Positions 1 to 9,668 of a stretch of 64,000 bases of DNA are shown here, one piece after another; positions within the stretch are counted from its first letter, which is position 1; each line of letters starts with the position of its first letter. The notes beneath the pieces are model-generated. The model had not been told where the DNA came from and searched no databases. It saw only the letters and a list, made by a program, of their open reading frames with translations. The stretch spans positions 320,001-384,000 of the forward strand of contig CAWFJJ010000001.1 in NCBI GenBank assembly GCA_963816185.1, read 5' to 3'. Made by a program: the position numbers and the translations under genes. The stretch comes from Thermoanaerobaculia bacterium (GTDB lineage: Bacteria > Acidobacteriota > Thermoanaerobaculia > UBA5066).

Positions 1-2309
1 TCTCGTCGTACTGCGGAGGCCAGGTCTTCGACGCCCTCGGGCTCGCGCCCGAGGTGATGGAGCGCTGCTTCCGGGGCACCTCCTCGCCGCTCTCAGGTCT
101 CGGCTTCGCCGAGATCGCGGCGGACGTGCTCGAGACCCATCGCACGGCGTGGGAAGGCGCCCCGCTTCCCGATCACGGCCGCGTGCGCTACCGCAAGGAC
201 ACCGAGGAACACGCGTGGTCGCCGCCGGTCGTGGTCTCCCTTCAGAAAGCGGCGAAGGGAACCGACGGCGCGTGGGCGGAGTTCCGCGAGAAGGCGGACG
301 GGCGCGGAGCTTCCGTGCCGCGGGACCTGCTCGGCTTCTCTCCTCGGCAAGCCGTGCCGGTCGAGGAGGTCGAAAGCGCCGAGGAGATCGTGAAGCGCTT
401 CATCGTCTCCGCGATGTCGCTCGGCGCCCTTTCGCCGGAGGCGCACGAGACGCTCGCGATCGCGATGAACCGGATCGGGGCGCGCTCGAATTCCGGCGAG
501 GGCGGCGAGGACCCGGCGACGTGGCGAGACGCCGGAGGCGACCGAAGGGACAACAAGATCAAGCAGGTCGCCTCGGCGCGCTTCGGCGTCACGGCCGAAT
601 ACCTCGTGAGAGCCGACGAGCTCGAGATCAAGATGGCTCAGGGCGCCAAGCCCGGCGAAGGCGGCCAGCTGCCCGCGCACAAGAACTCGCCGCTCATCGC
701 GCGGCTGAGGCTGACGGTGCCGGGCATTCCCCTCATCTCGCCGCCGCCGCACCACGACATCTATTCGATCGAGGATCTCGCGCAGCTCATCCACGACCTC
801 AAGGAGGTGAATCCGCGGGCCCGCGTCGGCGTGAAGCTCGTGGCCGAGGCGGGAGTGGGAACCATTGCGGCGGGCGTCGCCAAGGCCTATGCCGATTACG
901 TTCTCATCGCCGGGCACGCGGGCGGCACGGGCGCCTCGCCGCTCTCGTCGATCAAGCACGCGGGCGCGCCCTGGGAGCTGGGGCTCGCCGAGACGCAGCA
1001 CGCCCTCGTCGCGAACGGCCTGCGCCGCCGCATCGAGGTCCGCGTGGACGGGGGTCTCCGGACTGCGCGCGACGTCGTGATCGCCGCGTGCCTCGGCGCC
1101 GAGTCGTTCGGCTTCGGGACGGCGCCGCTCGTCGCGGCAGGCTGCTCGATGGCGCGGCAGTGTCACCTCAACACGTGCCCGACGGGCATCGCGACCCAGC
1201 GCGAGGACCTCCGCAAGAAGTACCGTGGGACACCCGAGAAGGTGATCGCGTACTTCACGCACCTGGCCGAGGACGTGCGCGAGATCCTCGCCTCGCTCGG
1301 CGTGCGCTCCGTGGACGAGATCGTGGGCCGCGCCGACTTCCTCGTCCGCGTGGATCGCCTGGAAGCGCCGCGCGCGGCGCTTCTCGACACATCGCTCCTC
1401 CTCCGGAGCTCCGGCGACGGGACGAACCCGCGCCGGCGGATGCAGACTCGCAACGACCGGCCGCGCAGAGGCCCGCAGTTCCCGTCGCTCGACAGCGAGA
1501 TCCTGCCCGAGGCCGTTCTCGGCCTGCGCTCGTCCCGCGCGTACTCCGGAACGTTCGAGGTCCGCAACCACAACCTCTCCGTAGGGGCGCATCTCTCCGG
1601 GGAGCTCGTGCGCCAGTTCGGCGAGCTGCCTCCGGGCTCGGTGCGCCTGAAATTCCGCGGCCCGGCCGGGCAGAGCTTCGGGGCGTTCGCGATCCGCGGC
1701 CTCGTCCTCGAGCTCGAGGGCGAAGCGAACGACGGCGTGGGGAAGGGTCTCTCCGGCGCGGAGATCGTCCTGAAGCCGTCCCCGCGTAGCCGGCATACGT
1801 TCGGCGCTCAGACGATCCTCGGGAACGCCGCGCTCTACGGCGCGACGTCAGGACGTCTCTTCGCCGCGGGCCGCGCCGGCGACCGGTTCGCCGTTCGCAA
1901 TTCGGGCGCCGTGGCGGTCGTCGAGGGGCTGGGCGTGCATGGCTGCGAGTACATGACGGGCGGCATCGTCGTCGTCCTCGGAGAGACGGGCGCGAACTTC
2001 GGGGCGGGCATGACGAACGGCATCGCGTACGTGCTCGACGCGGACGGCCTCTTCTCGTCGCGCTGCAACATGGAGCTCGTGAACGTCGAGCCGCTGGGTC
2101 CGGCCGACGAGGAGATCCTCCTGCCGCTTCTCAGGACCCATCACGAGAAGACGGGGAGCGCCGTCGCCCAACGCATCCTCTCCGGCTGGGAATCCATTCG
2201 CTCGCAGATGCGGCGCGTGGCTCCGAAGACGGCGCCCGCCGTCGCGCCAGCCGTCACGGAGGCGAAAGAGGCCTCCGACGAGAAACCGCCGCTCGCGAGG
2301 ACCGCGTAG
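1..2309 (+). CDS. gltB: Glutamate synthase large subunit, C-terminal part (truncated by window start)
   Basis: AMSLGALSPEAHETLAIAMN, SNSGEGGED, IKQVASARFGVT, EIKMAQGAKPGEGGQLP, [3Fe-4S] motif CSMARQCHLNTCPTGIATQ, GXGXG domain with GCEYMTGG. Reading frame is open upstream of position 54. Confidence 0.97.
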   Translation, partial: SSYCGGQVFDALGLAPEVMERCFRGTSSPLSGLGFAEIAADVLETHRTAWEGAPLPDHGRVRYRKDTEEHAWSPPVVVSLQKAAKGTDGAWAEFREKADGRGASVPRDLLGFSPRQAVPVEEVESAEEIVKRFIVSAMSLGALSPEAHETLAIAMNRIGARSNSGEGGEDPATWRDAGGDRRDNKIKQVASARFGVTAEYLVRADELEIKMAQGAKPGEGGQLPAHKNSPLIARLRLTVPGIPLISPPPHHDIYSIEDLAQLIHDLKEVNPRARVGVKLVAEAGVGTIAAGVAKAYADYVLIAGHAGGTGASPLSSIKHAGAPWELGLAETQHALVANGLRRRIEVRVDGGLRTARDVVIAACLGAESFGFGTAPLVAAGCSMARQCHLNTCPTGIATQREDLRKKYRGTPEKVIAYFTHLAEDVREILASLGVRSVDEIVGRADFLVRVDRLEAPRAALLDTSLLLRSSGDGTNPRRRMQTRNDRPRRGPQFPSLDSEILPEAVLGLRSSRAYSGTFEVRNHNLSVGAHLSGELVRQFGELPPGSVRLKFRGPAGQSFGAFAIRGLVLELEGEANDGVGKGLSGAEIVLKPSPRSRHTFGAQTILGNAALYGATSGRLFAAGRAGDRFAVRNSGAVAVVEGLGVHGCEYMTGGIVVVLGETGANFGAGMTNGIAYVLDADGLFSSRCNMELVNVEPLGPADEEILLPLLRTHHEKTGSAVAQRILSGWESIRSQMRRVAPKTAPAVAPAVTEAKEASDEKPPLARTA

Positions 2310-2378
2310 AACTTCACGGCGCACCCTGTCGGCAGGCCTCGCGTGTGAAGGCGTCGCCTCGTCCTAGAATCCGATGCG

Positions 2379-3257
2379 ATGACTGTCGTTGCGATGTGCT
2401 CCGCCGGCATCGCCCTCTTCCTGATCGGCGGAGTCGCCGCGAGACGCGAGGTCGCCGGTGCGCGCGGCCTGGACAAGATCGTGGCCTTGACCAATTTGTG
2501 TTTCGGCGTCCCGCTGGCGGTCTTCGGCGCGCTGCATCTCTTCGGTCCGCGCGTCGTCATCGACGCCGTGCCAGCCTTCATGCCCTGGCGTTCGTTCTGG
2601 GTGGTGTTCGTCGGGTGCGCGCTGATCGCGGCGTCCCTGAGCATCGCCACCGGGATCGCGGTCCATTGGTCGGGCCTGCTCTTCGGAATCATGATGTTCC
2701 TGTTCGTCGCGACGATCCATCTTCCGGGTGCCCTGCGCCAGCCTCACGACAGGTTCATCTGGACGATCGTCTTCCGCGAGATGGCGTTCGGCGGGGGCGG
2801 CTGGCTTCTCGCGGGGCTCGCAGCGGACGGACGGCGCGGGGAGAGCCGGAGTGCGCTGATCGCCGTGGGCCGCGTCCTTGTCACGATGGCGTTGATCGTC
2901 TTCGGCATCGAGCACTTCGCGTACGCGACGGGGCTTCCCGGGGTCCCGCTCAGGAAGGAGATGCCGGCGTGGATCCCGGGGCGCGAGATCATCGACCGGG
3001 TGACGGGCGCGGCGCTCCTCCTGGCCGCGGGAAGCGTCCTGGCGGGCAGGCAGACGCGGAGGGTGGCGACCTGGGTCGGCGCTTGGATCCTGCTGATGGT
3101 CCTCGTGATCTACGGGCCGGTCCTGGTCGTGGCGCTTTCCGACCCAAAGCTCGGCGTCCGGCTGGAGGGGGTCAACTACTTCGCCGACACGCTTCTGTTT
3201 GCCGGGACGGTCCTCGCGCTGGCAAAGGCGACGCCACACCGCCCGCGGCCGTCCTGA
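2379..3257 (+). CDS. Multi-pass membrane protein, DoxX-like with internal duplication
   Basis: Two similar halves (FGALHLF..VPAFMPWRSFW / FGIEHF..MPAWIPGREII); about 9 hydrophobic segments; TAGAAT 8 nt upstream of ATG. Confidence 0.65.
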   Translation: MTVVAMCSAGIALFLIGGVAARREVAGARGLDKIVALTNLCFGVPLAVFGALHLFGPRVVIDAVPAFMPWRSFWVVFVGCALIAASLSIATGIAVHWSGLLFGIMMFLFVATIHLPGALRQPHDRFIWTIVFREMAFGGGGWLLAGLAADGRRGESRSALIAVGRVLVTMALIVFGIEHFAYATGLPGVPLRKEMPAWIPGREIIDRVTGAALLLAAGSVLAGRQTRRVATWVGAWILLMVLVIYGPVLVVALSDPKLGVRLEGVNYFADTLLFAGTVLALAKATPHRPRPS

Positions 3258-3270
3258 TAGCGTCTGCGCC

Positions 3271-4284
3271 ATGCTGTTACCCCTTCTCCTTTTCCAGGCG
3301 GCGGTCGCGTCTCACTCCGCCGCTCCCGCTCCGCCCGTTCTCCGAGTCGTCCCGAAACATGACGAGCTTGCGTACACGTTCGGCGGCGTCCCCGCGCGCT
3401 ATCGGATCAAGCCCGGCACGCGGATCGTCGCGTGGACGGAGGACTGCTTCGACGGCGCCGTGAAGACGCCGGCGGATCTGCCGTCGAAGGTCATAGCGCC
3501 CGGCCACGACAACCCTCAGACGGGGCCGTTCTTCGTGGAGGGCGCCGAGCCGGGCGACACGCTCGCGATCCGGATTCTGAAGCTCGGGCCCGCGCGGAGG
3601 TGGGCCGTGTCCGCATTCGGGCCTGGCTTCGGCGCGCTCGTCGGGACGGACCGCACGGCGATGCTCGGCCCGGAGCTCCCCGAGACGGTCTGGCGCTACG
3701 AAGTCGACGCGAAAAGACGCGTCGCGCGGACGACCTCCGGCGACGGGAAGCAGGCATGGGAGGTTCCGCTCGCGGAGTTTCTCGGCTGTCTCGGGGTCGC
3801 GCCCTCGATGGGCGAGGCGCGATCCACGATCGTGCCCGGGAATTTCGGCGAGAACATGGACTGCCCCGAGGTGCGGACGGGGAACACGGTCTACCTCGGC
3901 GTGAACGTGCCGGGCGGGCTCCTGTCGTTCGGCGACGGCCACTACGCGATGGGAGAGGGCGAGATCATGGGCGCCGCCGTCGAGGGCGCGATGAACGTCG
4001 AGCTCGTCGTGGACCTCGTGAAGGGCAAGTCCACGCCCGTCCCGCGAATCGAGAACGCGGACGAGATCATGTTCGTGGGCGTGGGCCGCCCGCTCGAGGA
4101 CGCCGCGCGTGTCGCCTTCAAGGCGATGGTGGGCTGGGTGCGCGAGGCGACGGGACTTTCCGAGCTCGACGCATATCAGTTCGTCTCGCAATTCGCGAAG
4201 GCGCCGATCGTGCAGCTCGTCGACCCGGAGTACACGGTCCTCGCGAAGCTCGAGAAGAAGAGGCTGCCGAAGAAGCGCCCGTAA
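3271..4284 (+). CDS. Acetamidase/formamidase family protein with signal peptide
   Basis: NPQTGPFFVEGAEPGDTL, GENMDC, LSFGDGHYAMGEGEIMGAAVEG motifs; ATG at 3271 followed by hydrophobic MLLPLLLFQAA. Confidence 0.88.
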   Translation: MLLPLLLFQAAVASHSAAPAPPVLRVVPKHDELAYTFGGVPARYRIKPGTRIVAWTEDCFDGAVKTPADLPSKVIAPGHDNPQTGPFFVEGAEPGDTLAIRILKLGPARRWAVSAFGPGFGALVGTDRTAMLGPELPETVWRYEVDAKRRVARTTSGDGKQAWEVPLAEFLGCLGVAPSMGEARSTIVPGNFGENMDCPEVRTGNTVYLGVNVPGGLLSFGDGHYAMGEGEIMGAAVEGAMNVELVVDLVKGKSTPVPRIENADEIMFVGVGRPLEDAARVAFKAMVGWVREATGLSELDAYQFVSQFAKAPIVQLVDPEYTVLAKLEKKRLPKKRP

Positions 4285-4313
4285 TCCCCGCTGGCTCGCA
4301 TCGGCAAGCGAGT

Positions 4314-5222
4314 CTAGGTCGCGTCGGCGTCGCCGACGACCCGGTCGCGCCCCCGCTTCTTCGCTTCGTACATCCGCGCGTCGGCCCGAGCGATGAAGGA
4401 GGCCATCGTGTCGTCGGCCCGTGCCTCCGTCACGCCGACCGAGATGGTGACCTCGAGGTCCGGGACGGCGGGCACGCTGGAGCGCGCAACGAGCGTGCGC
4501 AGCCTCTGACCGGCTTCCGCGAGGCGGCGCGCGTCGAGACCTCCGACGAGAACGACGAACTCCTCGCCGCCCCAGCGCCCGAGGAAATCGCCCGCCCTCA
4601 GGCCGTTTGCGAGCGTGCGCCCGACGACGCGGAGAACGTCGTCTCCTGCCGCGTGCCCGTATTGGTCGTTGACGCTCTTGAACCTGTCCACGTCCAGAAA
4701 GAGGAGCCCGACGGGCAGGCCGTAGCGCTTTTTCTCGGCGAGGCGCGAATCGAGCTGGATTTCGGTGTACCGGCGGTTACCGGCTCCGGTGAGGGGGTCG
4801 ATCAGGGAAAGGGCCTCCAACTCCCGAATCCGCTCCGCCGCGAGAACCTGACCGGAGATGTCGTTGAAGACCTCCACGGCGCCGACGATCTCGCCCGCGA
4901 TTCCACGGATCGGGACCGCGCGCACGGTAATCGGCACTCGGTGGCCCTTCCTGTGATGAAGAAACAACTCCGTGGCCCGTTCGCAGCCGTCGCGCATCGT
5001 GGCTTCCATCGGGCAGCCGTCGTTGCAGAGCAATCGTCCCGCCGGATCCATGTGCTGGAGCAGGCCGTCCGCGCAGCACCGGCCGAGCACCTCCTCGGCG
5101 GGATAGCCCGTGAGGCGCTCGGCGCCGCGATTCCAGTACGTGATGCGGCGTGACCGGTCGAGAAAGTAGATTCCCTCCGTGAGGTTGTCGATCAGCTCCT
5201 TGAAAACACGGTCGTCCTGCAA
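4314..5222 (-). CDS. PAS-GGDEF diguanylate cyclase
   Basis: PAS (ITYWNRGAERLTGYPAEEVLG), DPLTGAGNRR, DVDRFKSVNDQYGHAAGD, RWGGEEF. Probable TTG start at 5222. Confidence 0.92.
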   Translation of the reverse strand: MQDDRVFKELIDNLTEGIYFLDRSRRITYWNRGAERLTGYPAEEVLGRCCADGLLQHMDPAGRLLCNDGCPMEATMRDGCERATELFLHHRKGHRVPITVRAVPIRGIAGEIVGAVEVFNDISGQVLAAERIRELEALSLIDPLTGAGNRRYTEIQLDSRLAEKKRYGLPVGLLFLDVDRFKSVNDQYGHAAGDDVLRVVGRTLANGLRAGDFLGRWGGEEFVVLVGGLDARRLAEAGQRLRTLVARSSVPAVPDLEVTISVGVTEARADDTMASFIARADARMYEAKKRGRDRVVGDADAT

Positions 5223-5251
5223 CGCGTCACTCTCTCTCGCGATCGTCCGAG

Positions 5252-7861
5252 CTAAGGATACAGAAGGAACGCCGCCCGGCGCTTCTCGAACTCCATCGAT
5301 CCCGCGGCCCAGGCGCCCGTGATCTCGCCGGCCGTCTCGCCGCGCGTGAAGCGCGCGAGCGCGGCCCGGCTGACGAGGAGGCGGTTCAGCTTCTCGGCGC
5401 TCCAGTCCTTCGGGTGCAGGTCGCGCAGCGCGGTCGCGACGTGGAGGCCGAGGGCCACGGCGTTCAGCGCATTCCGGTCGACGAGCGTGATGCGGATGCC
5501 CGAGCACTTCTCCCCTTTGAAGACGGACGACGCGGGCGTGAACCAGACCGGCGTGAAGCGCACGCCGGCGATCCCGCGCGCGTTCAGCGTGGCCGCGACG
5601 CGCGGCCCGTCCATCCACGGCGCCCCGAACACTTCGAACGGAGAGTCGGTGCCGCGTCCGACGGAGAGATTCGTCGTCTCGAGGATGCCGATGCCCGGGT
5701 AGAGAGCCGCTTCGGTGACGGAGCGCAGGTTCGGCGAGGGATTCACCCAGATGAGGCCCGTCTCGTCGTACCAGAGGTCGCGCGCGTAGCCGGACATCTT
5801 CACGACGGTCAGGTCCGCGCCGATCTTCCGCTCGGCGTTGAAGAGGCCCGCGAGCTCGCCGATCGTCATCCCCGTCCGAATCGGCGTCGTGTGGTATGCG
5901 ACGAAGGAGAGCGCGTCGTCGTCGGCCGGAGGGCCCTCCCAAACGTCCGCGCGGATCGGGTTCGGCCGGTCGAGGACGAAGACCTTCACCTTCGCCTTCG
6001 CGGCCTCCTCGAGCACGTAGCCCATCGAGGCGAGATACGTGTAGAAGCGGCAGCCGGCATCCTGCAGATCCACGACGACGGCGTCGAGACCCGCGAGATC
6101 CTCTGGCTTCGGCCGGCGCGACTCGGGTGTGTCGCCGTAGAGCGAGCGCACGGGAAGGCCGGTCTTCTCGTCGACGGAATCGGCTACCTTTTCGTCGAGC
6201 GCTCCCCGGATGCCGTGCTCCGGAGAGAAGAGCTTTGAAAGCGTGACACCCGCGGCCCGAGCCTTCGGGGAGTTGAGCACGTCGATGGTGGAGCGCCCGT
6301 CCCGCGTGAGCCCGGTCTGGTTGGTCAGGAGAGCGATGCGCATCCCGGCAAGCTGCTTGAAAGAATTTTCTTCGAGTGTGTCGATGCCCGGCCGGACCTG
6401 CCCCACGACGCGCGTCGGCGCAGCCGCAGCCCCATTCACCTTCGAAGAATGCGCCGGAGGCGCGCCCGACGCCGAAGGCGCGCTCGTGCCCTTCGAAGCC
6501 GACGTCGCGGCGCCGATGGCCGCCAGAAGCGCCGTCTCGTCCGAAGCCTTCCCAAGCTCTTCCGGATTCCTGTCCATGATCGCGCTCGCCACGATCGATG
6601 CGACCTTGCCGCGCAGCGCGATGACGTTTCCCGACTCGTCGGGATGGTTGCGGTTCGTGAGGAGGATGACGAACGTATCGGTCGCCGGATCCAGCCAGAG
6701 CGACGTGCCGGTCCACCCCGTGTGCCCGTAGGATCCGAGCGGGAAGAGGTCGCCGCGGTTCGAGGAGAACCGGGTCCAGACGTCCCAGCCCAGGCCGCGG
6801 AGGTCGTCGTCGCCGAAAAAGCGCGCGCGCGTCATCGCGGCGACCGTCGCGGGGGAGAGCGCGCCGCCGCCGCCCGCGAGCATCGCCCGGCAGAAGAGAG
6901 CAAGGTCGTCCGCGGTCGAGAAGAGCCCCGCGTGACCCGCGACGCCGCCTAGGGCATGAGCGCGCGGGTCGTGGACTTCGCCGCGCCGCACGACGCCGTC
7001 GATCCTCTCGGTCGGAGCGATGCGCGAGAGGGGAAGAAGAGGAGAAAGAGATTTCTTAGAAGGTGAAGAGGGAGAGAGCGGAAGGAAGCGGGTTTCCGTC
7101 ATTCCCAGCGGCTCGAAAATGCGCCGCGCCGCGAATTCATCGAGGGGAAGGCCGGACACTTTCCGGACCAGCTCTCCCAGCACCTCGAACCCGACATCCG
7201 AATACAGGAAACGCGAGCCGGGTGGCGAAACGAGAGGCTGCCTGTATTTCCTTTCGAAGATCTCTTCTCTCGATCCCGTATAGAGCGCCATCGGGTCATC
7301 GGGCGCCAGCCCCGCCCGGTGCGTGAGGAGCTCCTCGATCGTGACCTGATCGCGGGCGCCGCCGCCCGACGCGAACTCCGGGATGTATTTCGCGATGCGA
7401 TCCCAAAGGCGGACCTTTCCGTCCTCGACGAGAGCCATCACGCTCGGCGCCGTCGCGACGACCTTCGTCAGGGACGCCAGGTCGAAGACCGTGTCCGGCG
7501 TCATCGGCTCGAGGGCCGGAAGGACGGCGCGGTGGCCGTAGGCCTTGCGAAAGACGATCTTCCCGTGCCGGCCCACGAGCACGACGGCACCCGGGCATTC
7601 CTTGTTCCGAATCGACTCCTCGACGACCGGATCGATGAGATTCAGCCGGGAAGCGGACATCCCCACGGCGGCCGGCGCTACGGTGGCAAGGTTCGAAGAG
7701 ACCGGAGATTTCTTAGAAGGTGAAGAGGGGTAGGGATGGGCCTCCGCAAAGGTCGCGATCGGCAACGCGAGGATGAGCGCCGCCGCGACACGCATCGATC
7801 CGCCCGCTGCCTTGCCCCTCTTCCCCTTTCTCAGAAGATATTCCTCTTCTTCTTTCTTCAT
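5252..7861 (-). CDS. Serine hydrolase (beta-lactamase family) fused to NamZ/DUF1343 exo-beta-N-acetylmuramidase
   Basis: N-terminal FDLASLTK (SxxK), YSD, GHTGWTG; C-terminal LLTNQTG, LFSPEHGIRG, DLQDAGCRFYTY, VLDRPNP, PSPNL, SVGRGT. Start is 7861 (ATGA overlap) or 7795. Confidence 0.9.
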   Translation of the reverse strand: MKKEEEEYLLRKGKRGKAAGGSMRVAAALILALPIATFAEAHPYPSSPSKKSPVSSNLATVAPAAVGMSASRLNLIDPVVEESIRNKECPGAVVLVGRHGKIVFRKAYGHRAVLPALEPMTPDTVFDLASLTKVVATAPSVMALVEDGKVRLWDRIAKYIPEFASGGGARDQVTIEELLTHRAGLAPDDPMALYTGSREEIFERKYRQPLVSPPGSRFLYSDVGFEVLGELVRKVSGLPLDEFAARRIFEPLGMTETRFLPLSPSSPSKKSLSPLLPLSRIAPTERIDGVVRRGEVHDPRAHALGGVAGHAGLFSTADDLALFCRAMLAGGGGALSPATVAAMTRARFFGDDDLRGLGWDVWTRFSSNRGDLFPLGSYGHTGWTGTSLWLDPATDTFVILLTNRNHPDESGNVIALRGKVASIVASAIMDRNPEELGKASDETALLAAIGAATSASKGTSAPSASGAPPAHSSKVNGAAAAPTRVVGQVRPGIDTLEENSFKQLAGMRIALLTNQTGLTRDGRSTIDVLNSPKARAAGVTLSKLFSPEHGIRGALDEKVADSVDEKTGLPVRSLYGDTPESRRPKPEDLAGLDAVVVDLQDAGCRFYTYLASMGYVLEEAAKAKVKVFVLDRPNPIRADVWEGPPADDDALSFVAYHTTPIRTGMTIGELAGLFNAERKIGADLTVVKMSGYARDLWYDETGLIWVNPSPNLRSVTEAALYPGIGILETTNLSVGRGTDSPFEVFGAPWMDGPRVAATLNARGIAGVRFTPVWFTPASSVFKGEKCSGIRITLVDRNALNAVALGLHVATALRDLHPKDWSAEKLNRLLVSRAALARFTRGETAGEITGAWAAGSMEFEKRRAAFLLYP

Positions 7862-9645
7862 TTTCCTTCCGCCGCGACGATGTCGCGCAGCTCGGCCTGC
7901 GTCCGGTAGACGCCTCCGCGGACGACGGCCTTCACCTTTCTCAGGTTCGCGACGTCGGCGAGGGGATCTGCGGCGAGGAGAACGAAGTCGGCGAGCTTGC
8001 CCTTCTCGACCGTGCCGACGTCCGACGCGCGGCCCATCGCGCGGGCGCCACCCTTCGTCGAGGCGACGAGGACCTCCATCGGCGTCATCCCGGCGGCCTG
8101 CATCGCCTCCATCTCGGCGTGCACGGAAACACCGTGAAGCGTGCCGGGGTTGCCCGCGTCCGTTCCCATCGCGATCGTGACGCCGGCGTCGCGCACGCGT
8201 TTGAGGTTTGCGGCCGCGACCTGCCGGGTGGCGGCGACCCGCTTTTCGAAGCCATCGAGCGAAGCGCCGTGCGGGGGCGGGACCGTAATGCGCGCCGTCT
8301 CGGCGAGCTTCGCCCGCGTGAGCGGATCGACGCAGCCGTCGGGGTCGTCCGGGGGAACGTCCGCGTGGGCCGCGAAGCCTTTTGCGATCGCGAGATATCC
8401 GTCCATGACCGTCAGAGTCGGACAGTAGATCGCGCCCGAGGACTTCAGGAGCGCGAGGAACTCGTCGTCCACCGGAAGGTCCCCGACGCTGTGGACGAGG
8501 AGCTTCGCTCCGGCCTTCAGGGCGACCTTCGCCTCGGCAAGGCCCGTCGCGTGGACGATGAGCGGGAGCCCACGCTTCTTCGCCTCGTCGCCCGCCGCGA
8601 GGACCGCGGGCGCCGTCGCCGTCACGGGCAGGTCCGGCCGCACGATGTACCAGACTTTCACGGCCTGCGCGCCGCGCGAGGCGAGATAACGGACACCCTC
8701 GCGCGCCGCCGCCTCGTCCTTCAGGAAGATGAACTGCCTTTCGGCCGGAAGGTTCAGCCAGAAGTCGAGGGTGGAAAGCAGGGGACCCGCGGCGGCGACG
8801 CGGGGCGCGAGCGGATCGTTCTCGGCGCGCGCGGGGAGGTCCAGGGACCACGGGTAGCCGCCGACGTCGAACACCGAGGTCACGCCGGAGCAGACGTACG
8901 ACCGGAAGAAGCGCTCGGGCCTCGTGCGCAGCTCCTTCTCCGTCTCCTCGTACGGATGGGCCGCGCGAACGTCGAAAGCGTCGGGGCGGCCGTCGGCCCA
9001 TCCCGTCTGGGCGAAGTGGACGTGCGCGTCGACGAGTCCGGGGACGATCCAGGAGCCCTTTGCATCCGTCACGGCGACGCCCTCCGGCACGGCGCACCTG
9101 GATGCGGGCCCCGCGCAGGCGATCCGGCCGTTCCGCACGAATACGACGGCGCCCGCGACAGGATGGGCGCCGGTGCCGTCGACGAGCGTCGCGCCGAGGA
9201 AGGCATGCGGCGGCGGCGGCGTGCCCGGCGGCACGTCGAACGCGGAGGTCACCGTGATCTTCCAGCCTTTCGGCGTCTTCACGAACAGACGCTCGGAGAG
9301 GCCCGCGTGCTCGTCCCCGCCGTAGCGCGCCCTGTACCGATAGGTGCCGTAGACGACGCCCGGAGAGACCGGCATGAGCCGGAGATCGTCCGCGACGAGA
9401 GTGTCGGGCCACTTCTCGCCCGCCTGCTTCGCGAAGTCCTCGTAGCCGAGCACGGGCCCCTCGGGCGTCGCGCGGACGAGCCGCGCGGAGTCGAGGTAGC
9501 ACGCGAGATACGCGGCCTTGTCGCGCTTCTGGATCGCGACGATGTTCTTTTCGAAGATCGCCCGCGCCTCGTCGACGTCGGAGGCGAAGACGGATAGAGA
9601 TGCACAGGCCGCGCACGCGACCAGAAACAGGCGGGTTGTTCTCAT
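7858..9645 (-). CDS. Secreted amidohydrolase with N-terminal NTF2/DUF4440-like domain
   Basis: PGLVDAHVH, IVHA, LVHS, MGTDAGN, GTVEKGKLADFVLL; signal peptide; N-terminal ~120 aa ends LFVKTPKGWKI. Confidence 0.85.
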   Translation of the reverse strand: MRTTRLFLVACAACASLSVFASDVDEARAIFEKNIVAIQKRDKAAYLACYLDSARLVRATPEGPVLGYEDFAKQAGEKWPDTLVADDLRLMPVSPGVVYGTYRYRARYGGDEHAGLSERLFVKTPKGWKITVTSAFDVPPGTPPPPHAFLGATLVDGTGAHPVAGAVVFVRNGRIACAGPASRCAVPEGVAVTDAKGSWIVPGLVDAHVHFAQTGWADGRPDAFDVRAAHPYEETEKELRTRPERFFRSYVCSGVTSVFDVGGYPWSLDLPARAENDPLAPRVAAAGPLLSTLDFWLNLPAERQFIFLKDEAAAREGVRYLASRGAQAVKVWYIVRPDLPVTATAPAVLAAGDEAKKRGLPLIVHATGLAEAKVALKAGAKLLVHSVGDLPVDDEFLALLKSSGAIYCPTLTVMDGYLAIAKGFAAHADVPPDDPDGCVDPLTRAKLAETARITVPPPHGASLDGFEKRVAATRQVAAANLKRVRDAGVTIAMGTDAGNPGTLHGVSVHAEMEAMQAAGMTPMEVLVASTKGGARAMGRASDVGTVEKGKLADFVLLAADPLADVANLRKVKAVVRGGVYRTQAELRDIVAAEGK

Positions 9646-9668
9646 GCGGGGATTATCCCCGCGATGGG

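Noticed and set aside
2309-2379. No gltD downstream of gltB
   Set aside because: gltD may lie upstream, outside the window; this cannot be judged here.
5252-9616. Apparent giant ORFs (1454 aa; also 48835..51738, 37606..39846, 15265..17784, 29440..32391)
   Set aside because: Their N-terminal parts are off-frame read-through of upstream genes; real starts lie at stop-start overlaps or SD-preceded codons.
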